From: Delftia acidovorans NBRC 14950
Lineage (GTDB): Bacteria; Pseudomonadota; Gammaproteobacteria; Burkholderiales; Burkholderiaceae_C
Direction of reading: 5' to 3'
NCBI RefSeq assembly: GCF_001598795.1
Contig: NZ_BCZP01000023.1
Coordinates: 1 to 32,000, forward strand
Length of the DNA: 32,000 nt
Of this stretch, positions 1-10,429 are shown piece by piece. A program made the position numbers and the translations under genes. The notes beneath the pieces were generated by a model that made no database searches, was not told the DNA's origin, and saw nothing but the letters and a program-made list of their open reading frames with translations. Every line of letters starts with the position of its first letter. Within the stretch, counting starts at the first letter, position 1.

Positions 1-29
1 GGCTGCTAGGCCAACCTCTTTGGAAAAAA

Positions 30-104
30 TGGTGGGTGATACATGGATCGAACATGTGACCCCTGCCGTGTGAAGGCAGTGCTCTACCGCTGAGCTAATC
101 ACCC
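30..104 (-). tRNA. tRNA-Val, anticodon CAC, with encoded CCA
   Basis: The reverse complement folds as a cloverleaf. Acceptor stem GGGTGAT/ATCACCC, D stem GCTC/GAGC, anticodon stem CTGCC/GGCAG with loop TTCACAC (anticodon CAC). T stem ACATG/CATGT with loop TTCGATC, then discriminator A and CCA. Confidence 0.93.
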
Positions 105-141
105 GTGAAGCTGGCTGCTAGGCCAACTTCTTTGGAAAAAA

Positions 142-216
142 TGGTGGGTGATACATGGATCGAACATGTGACCCCTGCCGTGTGAAGGCAGTGCTCTACC
201 GCTGAGCTAATCACCC
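142..216 (-). tRNA. tRNA-Val, anticodon CAC, second identical copy
   Basis: This 75-nt sequence is identical to 30..104 and lies 112 nt away. Confidence 0.93.
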
Positions 217-258
217 ATATGTCGTTACTGCAACAAGACTTAGATTATGTCATAACTT

Positions 259-975
259 CTAGGACTGATTTTCGAAGCCGCGCCAAATTGTCTTGCCGCC
301 GCTCGATTTGTCCATCTGCACCATCACATCCTCGTGTGCGGCCAGCTCCTGATCATTGGCGTGCACCACGCGCAGCTTGAAGCTGGCCAGATCCACCTGC
401 GCCACGACCAGTCCACCCTCGGACTGGACAGGCTCTTCCGCCATCAACAGAGCCTCCTGGCCCCGCGTGAGGTTGATGTAGACATCGGCCAGCAGCTCCG
501 CATCCAGCAAGGCGCCGTGCAGCGTGCGCCCGGAGTTGTCCACCTCCAGGCGATCGCACAGCGAATCGAGCGAGTTGCGCTTGCCAGGGAACATCTCCTT
601 GGCCATGACCAGGGTGTCGATGACCCCGCTCACGCACTGGCGGATCGGCGGGCGGTTGGCAAGCTCCAGCTCCTTGTTCAGGAACCCCAGGTCAAAGGGC
701 GCGTTGTGGATGATGAGCTCGGCGCCCTGCAGGTACTCCCAGATCTCCTCGACCTTGTGCTCGAAGCGCGGCTTGTCCTTGAGGAATTCGGTGGTGATGC
801 CGTGCACGCGCAGCGCGTCCGGATGGCTGTCGCGCCCCGCATTGAAATACAGATGCAGGTTGTTGCCGGTCAGCTTGCGGTTGACCATCTCCACGCAGCC
901 CAGCTCGATGAGCCGGTCGCCGTTGTCGGCTGACAGGCCAGTGGTTTCAGTGTCGAGAATGATTTGACGCGACAT
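259..975 (-). CDS. dnaQ: DNA polymerase III epsilon subunit (3'-5' proofreading exonuclease)
   Basis: 238 aa. It carries the DEDDh exonuclease motifs: ILDTETTGL (ExoI), HNAPFDLGFL (ExoII) and HGALLDAELLADVY (ExoIII). Confidence 0.95.
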   Translation of the reverse strand: MSRQIILDTETTGLSADNGDRLIELGCVEMVNRKLTGNNLHLYFNAGRDSHPDALRVHGITTEFLKDKPRFEHKVEEIWEYLQGAELIIHNAPFDLGFLNKELELANRPPIRQCVSGVIDTLVMAKEMFPGKRNSLDSLCDRLEVDNSGRTLHGALLDAELLADVYINLTRGQEALLMAEEPVQSEGGLVVAQVDLASFKLRVVHANDQELAAHEDVMVQMDKSSGGKTIWRGFENQS

Positions 976-985
976 GTGCTGGCCC

Positions 986-1324
986 TCAGTGGTTTTCCTT
1001 GGCGTGATTGAGCGAGTACTTGGGAATCTCGATGGTCACGTCCTCGCGTGCCAGGATGGCCTGGCAGGACAGGCGGGACTGCGGCTGCAGACCCCAGGCG
1101 CGGTCCAGCAGGTCTTCTTCCTCTTCCTCGGCCTCGTTCAGCGAGTTGTAGCCCGCCTTGACCACTACATGGCAGGTGGTGCATGCGCAGCTCATGTCGC
1201 AGGCATGTTCGATCTTGATGTTGTTGTCCAGCAGGGCCTCGCAGATCGAGGTTCCGGCGGGCGCCTCGATTTCAGCACCCTGGGGACAGTATTCGGCGTG
1301 GGGAAGTATTTTGATAACGGGCAT
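986..1324 (-). CDS. fdx: ISC-type [2Fe-2S] ferredoxin
   Basis: 112 aa with the adrenodoxin-like cysteine pattern C-x5-C-x2-C...C (ACDMSCACTTCHV...LSCQ). It sits directly after hscA. Confidence 0.93.
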   Translation of the reverse strand: MPVIKILPHAEYCPQGAEIEAPAGTSICEALLDNNIKIEHACDMSCACTTCHVVVKAGYNSLNEAEEEEEDLLDRAWGLQPQSRLSCQAILAREDVTIEIPKYSLNHAKENH

Positions 1325-1349
1325 GACGGATCTGCTGTCGGATCAGAAA

Positions 1350-3218
1350 TCAGGAAAGGGATTGCACGCTCTTGCCGGCCAGGGCCTGCTGGATGCTGCG
1401 GTTCATGCGCTCGGCGGCGAAGGACTCCGTGCCCTTGGCCAGCGCTTGTGTCGCCGCCTCGATGACGGCGGCATCCTCGGAGCCCACGCTGGCGCGCAGG
1501 GCGTCGATCAGCGCATCGATGGCTGCGCGCTGGTCCGCGGCGAGCACATCGCCATCGGCCTGCAGAGCGCTCTCGCTGGCCATCAGCATGCGATCGGCGT
1601 CGACACGTGCCTCCACCAGTGCGCGGGCCTGCATGTCCTGCTGGGCCGTGGCAAAGCCGTCCTGCAGCATGCGGGCAACCTCGTCGTCCGACAGGCCGTA
1701 CGAAGGCTTGACATGGATATGGGCCTCGACGCCACTGGTCTGCTCCTTGGCGCCTACCGACAGCAGGCCATCGGCATCCACGGTGAAGGTCACACGGATG
1801 CGGGCCGCGCCGGCCGCCATGGGCGGGATGCCGCGCAGCTCGAAACGCGCCAGGCTGCGGCAGTCCGCCACCAGGTCGCGCTCGCCCTGCACCACATGGA
1901 CGGCCAGGGCCGTCTGACCATCCTTGTAGGTGGTGAAATCCTGGGCACGGGCTGTGGGAATGGTCTCGTTGCGGCTGATGATTCGCTCGACAAGGCCGCC
2001 CATGGTCTCCACGCCCAGGGACAGAGGAATCACGTCGAGCAGCAGCATGTCGCCGCTGGAGCTGTTGCCAGCGAGCTGGTTAGCCTGGATGGCGGCCCCC
2101 AGCGCAACGACTTCGTCGGGGTTGAGATTGATGAGAGGATCGCGGCCAAAGAACTCGGCCACGGCCTCGCGCACCTGGGGCATGCGGGTGGAACCGCCGA
2201 CCAGCACCACGCCCTGCACTTCGTCGCGCGCCAGCCCTGCGTCCTTGAGCGCGCGGCGCACGGCTGCCAGCGAACGTGCCGTCAGATGGGCCGTGCTCGC
2301 ATCGAAATCGCTGCGCTTTACATCGAAATGCACAGCGCCGGTAGACAGCTCGGCCGTGAGCGTTGCGACCTGTGCATCCGTCAATGCCTGCTTGCAAAGG
2401 CGCGCCGCCATGCGCCAGCGGGCCTTGTCCTCGGCCGTCTGGGGAACCACGCCGGTCTGCTGGGCCACCCACTCGGCCAAAGCCGCATCGTAGTCGTCGC
2501 CCCCCAGGGCCGAGTCGCCACCAGTGGAGACGACTTCGAACACACCCTGGGACAGACGCAGGATAGAAATGTCGAAGGTGCCGCCACCCAGGTCATAGAC
2601 GGCGTAGACGCCTTCGGAGCCGTTGTCCAGGCCGTAGGCAATGGCTGCAGCCGTGGGCTCGTTGATCAGGCGCAGCAGGTTGATGCCGGCGAGCTTTGCC
2701 GCATCCTTTGTTGCCTGGCGTTGTGCATCGTCAAAGTAGGCGGGCACGGTGATGACGGCGCCATGGATGTCGTCATTGAAGGTGTCTTCGGCACGGAAAC
2801 GCAGCGTGGCCAGGATCTCGGCGCTGACCTCCACGGCTGTCTTGGTACCATCGACGGTCTCGATCCCGATCACGCCACGGCCGGCCTCCTGCTCCGCAAA
2901 GCGGTAAGGCAGCTTTTCCGGCGCATCGATGTCAGCCAGCGTGCGGCCCATGAAGCGCTTGGCCGAGGCAATGGTGTTGCCCGCATCGGTAGACAGTGCA
3001 GCCTGGGCGGCGTGGCCGATCTCACGACGGCCCTGGGGCAGATAGCGCACGACAGAAGGCAGCAGCACTCGGCCCTGGTCATCCGGCAGGCATTCGGCCA
3101 CGCCATTGCGGACAGCGGCGACCAGCGAATGCGTGGTGCCCAGGTCGATGCCCACGGCAATGCGCCGCTGGTGGGGATCGGGGGACTGACCGGGTTCGGA
3201 AATCTGCAAAAGCGCCAT
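1350..3218 (-). CDS. hscA: Fe-S cluster assembly chaperone HscA (Hsp70 family)
   Basis: 622 aa with Hsp70 signatures ([41 protein letters not shown]). It sits in an isc operon context. Confidence 0.97.
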   Translation of the reverse strand: MALLQISEPGQSPDPHQRRIAVGIDLGTTHSLVAAVRNGVAECLPDDQGRVLLPSVVRYLPQGRREIGHAAQAALSTDAGNTIASAKRFMGRTLADIDAPEKLPYRFAEQEAGRGVIGIETVDGTKTAVEVSAEILATLRFRAEDTFNDDIHGAVITVPAYFDDAQRQATKDAAKLAGINLLRLINEPTAAAIAYGLDNGSEGVYAVYDLGGGTFDISILRLSQGVFEVVSTGGDSALGGDDYDAALAEWVAQQTGVVPQTAEDKARWRMAARLCKQALTDAQVATLTAELSTGAVHFDVKRSDFDASTAHLTARSLAAVRRALKDAGLARDEVQGVVLVGGSTRMPQVREAVAEFFGRDPLINLNPDEVVALGAAIQANQLAGNSSSGDMLLLDVIPLSLGVETMGGLVERIISRNETIPTARAQDFTTYKDGQTALAVHVVQGERDLVADCRSLARFELRGIPPMAAGAARIRVTFTVDADGLLSVGAKEQTSGVEAHIHVKPSYGLSDDEVARMLQDGFATAQQDMQARALVEARVDADRMLMASESALQADGDVLAADQRAAIDALIDALRASVGSEDAAVIEAATQALAKGTESFAAERMNRSIQQALAGKSVQSLS

Positions 3219-3302
3219 GAAAATACTCGGGGAAATTGCAGGTCCGGGCCGGCCGGCCTGCCTTGTGAATGAGGGTCTCTCGTGGGAGGTGCGGATCGCG
3301 GG

Positions 3303-3821
3303 TTATTGTCCCAGTTGATCGCGGCGACGCTCTATGTCCTGCGCAAATCGCGCAACAAACATGAGGGCTCTGACCTGCTGCACAGCCGCCTGCGCATCGT
3401 GCAGCTCATCCAGCTGACGACCACATTCAGCCAGCATGCTCTTTCTCGCCTGCAGCACCTCGTCGTCCAGCGCATCCAGAGCGGCCTCGTCCTGCGCCTC
3501 TTCCAACGCCTCGCGCCACTCCATTTGCTGCATCAGAAAGGCAGTGGGCATGGACGTGTTGTCCTCGGCACGCACGGGTGCACCCTGCAATTCGCAGAGA
3601 TACGCTGCGCGCCTGAGTGGCTCTTTCAACCGCTGGTAGGCCTCGTTGATGCGCACCGACCACTGCATGGCCACGCGCTGCGCGGCGGCTCCCTGCGAAG
3701 CAAAGCGGTCAGGGTGGGCCTCGCGCTGCAACTCCTTCCAGCGCGCGTCAATGGTGCTGCGCTCCTGCGCAAATTGGCGCGGCAGCGCAAACAGCTCGAA
3801 ATCGTCCGATTGCAGGTTCAT
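3303..3821 (-). CDS. hscB: Fe-S cluster co-chaperone HscB (J-domain protein)
   Basis: 172 aa with an N-terminal J domain carrying HPD (LQREAHPDRF). It lies between iscA and hscA. Confidence 0.93.
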   Translation of the reverse strand: MNLQSDDFELFALPRQFAQERSTIDARWKELQREAHPDRFASQGAAAQRVAMQWSVRINEAYQRLKEPLRRAAYLCELQGAPVRAEDNTSMPTAFLMQQMEWREALEEAQDEAALDALDDEVLQARKSMLAECGRQLDELHDAQAAVQQVRALMFVARFAQDIERRRDQLGQ

Positions 3822-3827
3822 GTCGAT

Positions 3828-3858
3828 AAAAAGCCGCCAGCACCGAAGCGAAGGCGGC
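3828..3858 (-). terminator. Intra-operon terminator-like hairpin between iscA and hscB
   Basis: The minus strand reads GCCGCC-(14 nt loop)-GGCGGC followed by TTTTT, ending 6 nt before the hscB ATG. The stem is only 6-7 bp, so this is more likely partial termination or an RNA-stability element than a full stop. Confidence 0.4.
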
Positions 3859-3938
3859 CTCTTGAGGGAGTAGAAGAAATCAGGGTCTGCCGGGCATGCC
3901 TCCAGGCCACAAAGGCCCGGCCACCCGGCAAATGCCGG

Positions 3939-4262
3939 TCAGATGCGAAAGCTCTCGCCGCAACCGCAGCGATCACGCTCGTTGGGGTTGTGGAACTTGA
4001 AGCCTTCGTTCAAGCCCTCACGCACGAAATCCAGCTCCGTGCCGTCGATATAGGCCAGGCTCTTGGGATCGACCAGCACCTTGATGCCGTGGTCCTCGAA
4101 GATCACGTCCTCGGGCAATTGCTCGTCCACATACTCCAGCTTGTAGGCCAGGCCAGAGCAGCCCGTGGTCTTGACCCCGAGGCGCACGCCGATACCCTTG
4201 CCGCGCCGCGACAGGTAGCGGCTCACGTGGCGTGCCGCAGAATCGGTCAGCGAGATCGCCAT
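3939..4262 (-). CDS. iscA: Fe-S cluster insertion protein IscA (A-type carrier)
   Basis: The product starts [13 protein letters not shown] and ends with the C-terminal CGCGESF motif. I chose the internal ATG at 4262 (one nt after the iscU stop) over the ORF-track start at 4304, which would overlap iscU. Confidence 0.93.
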   Translation of the reverse strand: MAISLTDSAARHVSRYLSRRGKGIGVRLGVKTTGCSGLAYKLEYVDEQLPEDVIFEDHGIKVLVDPKSLAYIDGTELDFVREGLNEGFKFHNPNERDRCGCGESFRI

Positions 4263-4263
4263 A

Positions 4264-4662
4264 TCAGGCGGCCACCACCGCAGTGCGCTTGGCACGGTAG
4301 TCATCGACTGCTGCCTTGATGGCGTCTTCGGCCAGGATGGAGCAGTGCACCTTGACGGGAGGCAGAGCCAGCTCTTCGGCGATCTGGCTGTTCTTCAGCG
4401 CAGCCGCCTCATCCAGCGTCTTGCCCTTCACCCACTCGGTCACCAGCGAAGACGAGGCAATCGCGGAACCGCAGCCATAGGTCTTGAAACGCGCATCCTC
4501 GATGACGCCGGTTTCGGGGTTGACCTTGATCTGCAGCTTCATCACGTCGCCGCAGGCAGGAGCGCCGACCATGCCGGTGCCCACCGATTCGTCGCTCTTG
4601 TCGAACGAGCCCACGTTGCGGGGATTTTCGTAGTGGTCTACCACTTTGTCGGAATAAGCCAT
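4264..4662 (-). CDS. iscU: Fe-S cluster scaffold protein IscU
   Basis: The product starts [20 protein letters not shown] and contains [20 protein letters not shown] and the LPPVK motif. I chose the start at 4662; the upstream part of the ORF-track frame is not IscU-like. Confidence 0.95.
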   Translation of the reverse strand: MAYSDKVVDHYENPRNVGSFDKSDESVGTGMVGAPACGDVMKLQIKVNPETGVIEDARFKTYGCGSAIASSSLVTEWVKGKTLDEAAALKNSQIAEELALPPVKVHCSILAEDAIKAAVDDYRAKRTAVVAA

Positions 4663-4705
4663 GATGTCTACCTCTTCAATACTTGATTCGCGTGCCGACC
4701 AATGC

Positions 4706-5926
4706 TCAGTGAGCCGCCCATTGGATGGTGCTGAGATCGATGCCGTCCTTGAACATCTCCCACAGCGGGCTGAGTTCGCGCAGCTTGACCACATTGGTGC
4801 GGATGGTGCTGATCGCGTAGTCGATTTCCTCTTCGGTCGTGAAGCGGCCGATCGTCATGCGCAGGCTGCTGTGCGCCAGTTCGTCGCTGCGGCCAAGTGC
4901 ACGCAGCACATAGCTGGGCTCCAGGCTGGCCGACGTACAGGCCGATCCCGAGGACACCGCCAGACCCTTGATGCCCATGATGAGCGACTCGCCTTCGACG
5001 AAGTTGAAGCTCATGTTCAGGTTCTGCGGCACACGGTGCTCCATGCTGCCGTTGATGAAGACCTGCTCCAGATCCTTCAAGCCGTTGAGCAGACGCTGCT
5101 GCAGCGCGTAGGCCTTGGCATTGCTTTCAGCCATTTCTTCCTTGGCAATGCGGAAGGCCTCGCCCATACCGACGATCTGGTGCGTAGGCAGCGTGCCCGA
5201 GCGCATGCCGCGCTCATGGCCACCACCGTGGATCTGAGCTTCCAGACGCACACGCGGCTTGCGGCGCACATACAGGGCACCCACGCCCTTGGGGCCATAG
5301 GTCTTGTGCGCGGTCATGCTCATCAGGTCCACCGGCAGCTTGGACATGTCGATCTCCACGCGGCCCGTTGCCTGCGCGGCGTCCACATGGAACAGGATGC
5401 CCTTCTCACGGCACAGCGCGCCGATGGTGGGAATGTCTTGGATGACGCCGATTTCGTTGTTCACGAAGAGCACGCTGACCAAAATGGTGTCGGGGCGCAG
5501 CGCGGCCTTGAATGCCTCGATGTCGAGCAGGCCATCAGGCTGCACGTCCATATAGGTCACCTCAAAGCCCTGGCGCTCGAGTTCACGCATGGTGTCGAGC
5601 ACGGCCTTGTGCTCAGTCTTGAGCGTGATCAGGTGCTTGCCCTTGCCCTGGTAGAAATGCGCCGCGCCCTTGATGGCCAGGTTGATGGACTCGGTGGCAC
5701 CGCTGGTCCAGACAATCTCACGGGGATCCGAGCCGATCAGGTCTGCTACCTGGCCGCGGGCCTTCTCGATGGCCTCCTCGGCTTCCCAACCCCAGGCATG
5801 ACTGCGCGATGCGGCGTTGCCGAAATGCTCACGCAGCCAAGGAATCATGGCGTCCACCACGCGAGGGTCCACGGGGGTGGTCGCGCCATAGTCGAGATAG
5901 ATGGGGAAATGCGGGGTCATGTCCAT
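4706..5926 (-). CDS. iscS: Cysteine desulfurase IscS (PLP-dependent)
   Basis: 406 aa with [15 protein letters not shown], the PLP lysine region [12 protein letters not shown] and the active-site loop SSGSACTS. The start may instead be the third codon, ATG at 5920. Confidence 0.97.
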   Translation of the reverse strand: MDMTPHFPIYLDYGATTPVDPRVVDAMIPWLREHFGNAASRSHAWGWEAEEAIEKARGQVADLIGSDPREIVWTSGATESINLAIKGAAHFYQGKGKHLITLKTEHKAVLDTMRELERQGFEVTYMDVQPDGLLDIEAFKAALRPDTILVSVLFVNNEIGVIQDIPTIGALCREKGILFHVDAAQATGRVEIDMSKLPVDLMSMTAHKTYGPKGVGALYVRRKPRVRLEAQIHGGGHERGMRSGTLPTHQIVGMGEAFRIAKEEMAESNAKAYALQQRLLNGLKDLEQVFINGSMEHRVPQNLNMSFNFVEGESLIMGIKGLAVSSGSACTSASLEPSYVLRALGRSDELAHSSLRMTIGRFTTEEEIDYAISTIRTNVVKLRELSPLWEMFKDGIDLSTIQWAAH

Positions 5927-6061
5927 GACTGGCTCTTATCAAGGTTCAGGCTGGCAAAAAAACGGGAAGGCGATGAACTCCGGTGAATCCATCCAGGCGG
6001 ACAACACCGCGCCACACAGCCATGCGCGGCGGTGCCCTGCCCTCAGGGTGTCAAAAGTCGA

Positions 6062-6598
6062 TCAGGACTTGGCGAAGGCGTTGCCCAGCGCGAATACCGA
6101 GTTCGGGGCATTCACACGGATGGGCTTGACCACGGGAGCCGTGGAAATCGCGCGACGCACCACGGGCTTGTCCTCGATCTGGATGCCCTTGGCCAGTTGT
6201 TCGTCCACAAGCTTTTGCAGCGTCACGGAATCGAGGAACTCGACCATGCGCTGGTTCAGTGCGGCCCACAGCTCATGCGTCATGCAGCGGCCGGCTTCGC
6301 CCAGGCAATTTTCCTTGCCGCCACACTGGGTGGCGTCAATGGGTTCGTCCACGGAGACGATGATGTCGGCCACGGTGATGTCGCCAGCCTTGCGGGCGAG
6401 CGTGTAGCCGCCGCCGGGTCCACGGGTGGACTCGACGAGTTCATGGCGGCGCAGCTTGCCGAACAGCTGTTCCAGATACGACAGGGAAATCTGTTGCCGC
6501 TGGCTGATGGCTGCCAGCGTGACAGGGCCATTGTTCTGGCGCAGGGCCAGATCGATCATGGCAGTGACCGCAAAACGGCCTTTGGTGGTGAGACGCAT
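6062..6598 (-). CDS. iscR: Rrf2-family Fe-S cluster regulator IscR
   Basis: 178 aa with the N-terminal Rrf2 wHTH (MRLTTKGRFAVTAMIDLA) and the cluster-ligand spacing C-x6-C-x5-C-x2-H. An RBS (GAAGGAG) lies 6 nt upstream. Confidence 0.93.
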   Translation of the reverse strand: MRLTTKGRFAVTAMIDLALRQNNGPVTLAAISQRQQISLSYLEQLFGKLRRHELVESTRGPGGGYTLARKAGDITVADIIVSVDEPIDATQCGGKENCLGEAGRCMTHELWAALNQRMVEFLDSVTLQKLVDEQLAKGIQIEDKPVVRRAISTAPVVKPIRVNAPNSVFALGNAFAKS

Positions 6599-6755
6599 TA
6601 CGAGCTCCTTCAGTCAGGCTTGTACGTTACAGAAACACCCGCTCCAGCGATTTGACTGGAGTTGGGCACAGTCTCCGCCCTTACTCCGTCCTGTTCAAAA
6701 GGTTCAGAGCCCTTCTTTTCATCGAAGTTTTTGTTGTTGTTGAGTGTTGACCCTT

Positions 6756-6790
6756 AGTGTACCACATTCCCCATCAATTTTGTCGGGTAA
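6756..6790 (-). promoter_or_regulatory. Candidate iscR promoter (extended -10, TGgTACACT) overlapping an IscR type-1-like box
   Basis: The minus strand reads TTACCCGACAAAATTGATGGGGAAT. By my hand count this matches 18/25 positions of the E. coli type-1 IscR consensus ATASYYGACTRWWWYAGTCRRSTAT as I recall it. It is followed by TGgTACACT. It would imply a 5' UTR of about 150 nt, so this is tentative. Confidence 0.3.
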
Positions 6791-6823
6791 CAGGAGCTAA
6801 CGGGCTTCAGACCAGGCGCCGCC

Positions 6824-8962
6824 TCAGGAAACCTGCACGGATGAGCCCCCGAACAGTTGCTCCTTGAGCAGCGCCAGCTGATCGCGCACCCGCGCAGCCT
6901 GTTCGAACTCCAGGCTGCGCGCATGTTCGAGCATCTGCTTCTCCAGACGCTTGATTTCCTTGGCCACATCTTTTTCGGACATGTCCTCGACACGCGCTCT
7001 TTCGAGTTGATTGGCCTGCAGGCGTTCCGCTTCCTTGCCACTTTTTTCGCTGTAGACACCATCAATCAGGTCTTTCACCCGCTTGACAATCTGCTTGGGT
7101 TCGATTCCGTTTTCCTCGTTGAAGCTTATTTGCTTGGCACGGCGGCGCTCGGTCTCGCCAATGGCCTTCTTCATGGACTCAGTGACACGGTCCGCATACA
7201 GGATGGCCTTGCCATGCAGGTTGCGCGCGGCGCGGCCGATGGTCTGGATGAGACTGCGTTCGGCGCGAAGAAAACCTTCCTTGTCGGCATCGAGGATGGC
7301 GACGAGCGAGACTTCGGGGATGTCCAGCCCCTCGCGCAGCAGGTTGATGCCCACGAGCACGTCAAAGACACCCAGGCGCAGGTCACGAATGATCTCCACA
7401 CGCTCCACCGTTTCCACGTCGGAGTGCAGATAGCGCACCTTGACGCCGTTTTCACTCAGATAGTCGGTGAGTTGCTCGGCCATGCGCTTTGTCAGCGTGG
7501 TGATGAGAACGCGCTCCGTGCGTTCGACGCGCAGGCGGATTTCCTGCAGCACGTCGTCCACCTGATTGGTGGCCGGGCGTACTTCGATTTCAGGATCGAT
7601 GAGACCTGTGGGGCGAACGACCTGGTCCACGACCTGGCCCGAGTGGGTCTTCTCGTAGTCTGCCGGCGTGGCGGAGACAAAGATGACCTGGCGCATGCGC
7701 TGCTCGAATTCCTCGAATTTGAGCGGCCGGTTGTCCAGCGCCGAAGGCAACCGAAAGCCGTACTCCACCAGCGTGGTCTTGCGCGAGCGGTCGCCGCTGT
7801 ACATGGCGTTGAGCTGGCCGATCATCTGGTGACTCTCGTCCAGGAACATGAGGGCGTCGCCGGGCAGGTAGTCGGTCAGGGTGCTGGGCGGCTCGCCGGG
7901 TGCGGCGCCTGAGAGGTGGCGGGTGTAGTTCTCGATGCCCTTGCAGTGACCGACCTCGGTGAGCATCTCCAGATCGAAGCGCGTGCGCTGCTCCAGGCGC
8001 TGGGCCTCGACCAGCTTGCCGTCTCCCACCAGTTGCTTGAGCCGCTCGGCCAGCTCCAGCTTGATGGTTTCCACGGCGGCCAGCACCTTGTCGCGCGGCG
8101 TGACGTAGTGGCTGCTGGGGTAGACCGTGAAGCGCGGAATGCTCTGGCGCACGCGACCCGTCAGCGGATCGAACAGCTGCAGGCTTTCGACCTCGTCGTC
8201 GAACAGTTCGATGCGGATGGCCAGCTCGGAATGCTCGGCGGGGAAGACGTCGATGGTGTCGCCGCGCACGCGGAACTTGCCCCGGCTGAAGTCCTGGTCG
8301 TTGCGCTGGTACTGCATGCGGATCAGTTGCGCAATGACGTCGCGCTGGTTGATGCGGTCGCCGGTGCGCAGCGTCATGATCATGCGGTGGTAGCTTTCGG
8401 GCTCGCCGATGCCGTAGATGGCCGAGACCGTGGCGACGATGACCACGTCGCGCCGCTCCATCAGGCTTTTGGTGCATGACAGCCGCATCTGCTCGATGTG
8501 CTCGTTGATGGCGCTGTCCTTTTCGATGAACAGGTCGCGCTGGGGCACATAGGCCTCGGGCTGGTAGTAGTCGTAGTAGCTGACGAAGTATTCGACGGAG
8601 TTCTTGGGAAAGAACTCGCGGAATTCGCTGTACAGCTGCGCTGCCAGCGTCTTATTGGGCGCAAAGACAATGGCCGGGCGACCCATGCGGGCGATCACGT
8701 TGGCCATGGTGAAGGTCTTGCCAGAGCCCGTCACGCCCAGCAGGGTCTGGAAGGATTCGCCGTCCTGGATGCCTTCGACCAGCTTTTCAATGGCTGCGGG
8801 CTGATCGCCGGCCGGCGGATAGGGCTGGAACAGCTCGAAGGGGGAGTCCGCGAAATGCACGAACTGGCCGGAGGCCCCAGGTGCTGGAGAGGAATCAGAG
8901 ACTTCGTGCATGACGTGGGTTCGCAAAAGTGAGTATCGGCCGGCGAGATCGCTAGAATTCAT
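6824..8962 (-). CDS. uvrB: Excinuclease ABC subunit B
   Basis: 712 aa with Walker A ([10 protein letters not shown]), helicase motifs and a C-terminal UVR domain ([23 protein letters not shown]). An alternative start is the ATG at 8911; neither start has a clear SD. Confidence 0.97.
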   Translation of the reverse strand: MNSSDLAGRYSLLRTHVMHEVSDSSPAPGASGQFVHFADSPFELFQPYPPAGDQPAAIEKLVEGIQDGESFQTLLGVTGSGKTFTMANVIARMGRPAIVFAPNKTLAAQLYSEFREFFPKNSVEYFVSYYDYYQPEAYVPQRDLFIEKDSAINEHIEQMRLSCTKSLMERRDVVIVATVSAIYGIGEPESYHRMIMTLRTGDRINQRDVIAQLIRMQYQRNDQDFSRGKFRVRGDTIDVFPAEHSELAIRIELFDDEVESLQLFDPLTGRVRQSIPRFTVYPSSHYVTPRDKVLAAVETIKLELAERLKQLVGDGKLVEAQRLEQRTRFDLEMLTEVGHCKGIENYTRHLSGAAPGEPPSTLTDYLPGDALMFLDESHQMIGQLNAMYSGDRSRKTTLVEYGFRLPSALDNRPLKFEEFEQRMRQVIFVSATPADYEKTHSGQVVDQVVRPTGLIDPEIEVRPATNQVDDVLQEIRLRVERTERVLITTLTKRMAEQLTDYLSENGVKVRYLHSDVETVERVEIIRDLRLGVFDVLVGINLLREGLDIPEVSLVAILDADKEGFLRAERSLIQTIGRAARNLHGKAILYADRVTESMKKAIGETERRRAKQISFNEENGIEPKQIVKRVKDLIDGVYSEKSGKEAERLQANQLERARVEDMSEKDVAKEIKRLEKQMLEHARSLEFEQAARVRDQLALLKEQLFGGSSVQVS

Positions 8963-9039
8963 GGGTTAACCCGAAAGCCTACCGTAGCTTGGGGCTAGCC
9001 GCGTTTTTTCCACCTCCCAAGACATCCCAAGGACGCTTC

Positions 9040-10236
9040 ATGTCTCTGTTTACCGCCGTCGAAATGGCCCCCCGCGACCCCATCCTGGGTCTGAACGAGC
9101 AGTTCGCTGCCGACACCAACCCCAGCAAGGTGAATCTGGGCGTGGGCGTGTACTTCGACGACAACGGCAAGTTGCCCCTGCTCGAATGCGTGCAGGCCGC
9201 CGAGAAGGCGATGATGGACAAGCCCACGGCCCGCGGCTACCTGCCCATCGACGGCATCGCTGCCTATGATGCCGCAGTCAAGGGCCTGGTGTTCGGCGCC
9301 GAGTCCGACGTCGTCAAGTCCGGCCGCGTGTCCACGGTGCAGGCCATCGGCGGCACCGGCGGCCTGAAGATCGGCGCCGACTTCCTCAAGAAGATCAGCC
9401 CCACCGCCAAGGTGCTGATCTCCGACCCGAGCTGGGAAAACCACAAGGCCATCTTCACCAATGCAGGCTTCGAAGTGGGCACCTATGCCTACTACGACGC
9501 GGTCAACCGCAAGGTGAACTTCGAAGGCATGCTGGCCGACCTGAACGCGGCCGCCGCCGGCACCATCGTGGTGCTGCACGCCTGCTGCCACAACCCGACC
9601 GGCTATGACATCACGGCCGAGCAGTGGGACCAGGTGATCGCCGCCGTCAAGGCCAAGGGTCTGGTGGCCTTCCTCGACATGGCCTACCAGGGCTTTGGCC
9701 ACGGCATTGCCGAAGACGGCGCCGTGATCGGCAAGTTCGTGGCCGCCGGCCTGAACATTTTCGTCTCGACCTCGTTCTCCAAGAGCTTCAGCCTGTACGG
9801 CGAGCGCGTGGGCGCGCTGTCGGTGGTGGCCAACGACAAGGAAGAAGCGGCCCGCGTGCTGAGCCAGCTCAAGATCGTCATCCGCACCAACTACTCCAAC
9901 CCGCCCACCCATGGTGGCGCCGTGGTGGCAGCCGTGCTGAACAACCCCGAGTTGCGCGCACTGTGGGAAAAGGAACTGGGCGAGATGCGCGTGCGCATCA
10001 AGGCCATGCGCCAGAAGCTGGTTGATGGCCTGAAGGCTGCCGGTGTCCAGCAGGACATGGGCTTCATCACCACCCAGATCGGCATGTTCAGCTACTCCGG
10101 CCTGAGCAAGGACCAGATGGTGCGCCTGCGCACCGAGTTCGGCGTCTACGGCACGGATACGGGCCGCATGTGCGTGGCCGCGCTCAACAGCAAGAACATC
10201 GACTACGTCTGCCAGTCGATCGCCAAGGTGGTCTGA
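9040..10236 (+). CDS. Aspartate/aromatic amino acid aminotransferase (class I, AspC/TyrB type)
   Basis: The product starts MSLFTAVEMAPRDPILGL. It has the PLP-lysine region SFSKSFSLYGERVG and the motifs NPTGYD and RTNYSNPP. I chose the start at 9040, where homology to the family N-terminus begins. Confidence 0.93.
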   Translation: MSLFTAVEMAPRDPILGLNEQFAADTNPSKVNLGVGVYFDDNGKLPLLECVQAAEKAMMDKPTARGYLPIDGIAAYDAAVKGLVFGAESDVVKSGRVSTVQAIGGTGGLKIGADFLKKISPTAKVLISDPSWENHKAIFTNAGFEVGTYAYYDAVNRKVNFEGMLADLNAAAAGTIVVLHACCHNPTGYDITAEQWDQVIAAVKAKGLVAFLDMAYQGFGHGIAEDGAVIGKFVAAGLNIFVSTSFSKSFSLYGERVGALSVVANDKEEAARVLSQLKIVIRTNYSNPPTHGGAVVAAVLNNPELRALWEKELGEMRVRIKAMRQKLVDGLKAAGVQQDMGFITTQIGMFSYSGLSKDQMVRLRTEFGVYGTDTGRMCVAALNSKNIDYVCQSIAKVV

Positions 10237-10277
10237 CCCCCACCCCGGCTGCCCGGCCATGCGCCGGGTTTGCAGAC

Positions 10278-10318
10278 ATGCCGCCAACGGTGCATTGCCC
10301 TGGCGGCATTTTCTTTTT
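10278..10318 (+). terminator. Rho-independent terminator after the aminotransferase gene
   Basis: A 9-bp stem ATGCCGCCA/TGGCGGCAT with a 14-nt loop is followed by TTTCTTTTT. Confidence 0.75.
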
Positions 10319-10429
10319 CCGGGCGGCTTTTGCATCCTCACCGTCCGGTATGCGCCAGGCCCTTGGAGGCATGGGTGCGATCATGCGGGCAGTTGAAACA
10401 CCGAATGCACACTGAGACGCTCGATACCC

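Larger units (their letters stand above)
1..222. repeat. Tandem duplication (112-bp unit) of the tRNA-Val gene plus its 3' spacer
   Basis: Bases 1..104 and 113..216 align base for base, with one mismatch seen (position 16 c versus 128 t). The window begins inside a spacer, so more copies may lie beyond the left edge. Confidence 0.9.

Noticed and set aside
1158-3272. 704-aa plus-strand ORF covering hscA
   Set aside because: It is antisense to a gene with unmistakable Hsp70 motifs. The translation is Ala/Gly/Arg/Leu-rich with no recognisable motif. This is a typical shadow ORF in GC-rich DNA.
5927-6061. Attenuator between iscR and iscS
   Set aside because: There is an imperfect hairpin (CACCGC..GCGGTG) and a T7 run, but they are about 45 nt apart. 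This is not a convincing intrinsic terminator.
8963-9039. LexA/SOS box upstream of uvrB
   Set aside because: I looked for CTGT-N8-ACAG in the uvrB/aminotransferase divergent region and found none. Only a GGTTAACC palindrome is present.
8989-9039. Upstream starts for the aminotransferase (8989), GGDEF-EAL (TTG at 11548), iscA (4304), iscU (4794), HAF protein (27507), AraC (17845) and M20 (23267)
   Set aside because: In each case the extension overlaps the neighbouring gene or lacks similarity to the family N-terminus. An internal ATG coincides with the conserved N-terminus and/or an RBS.
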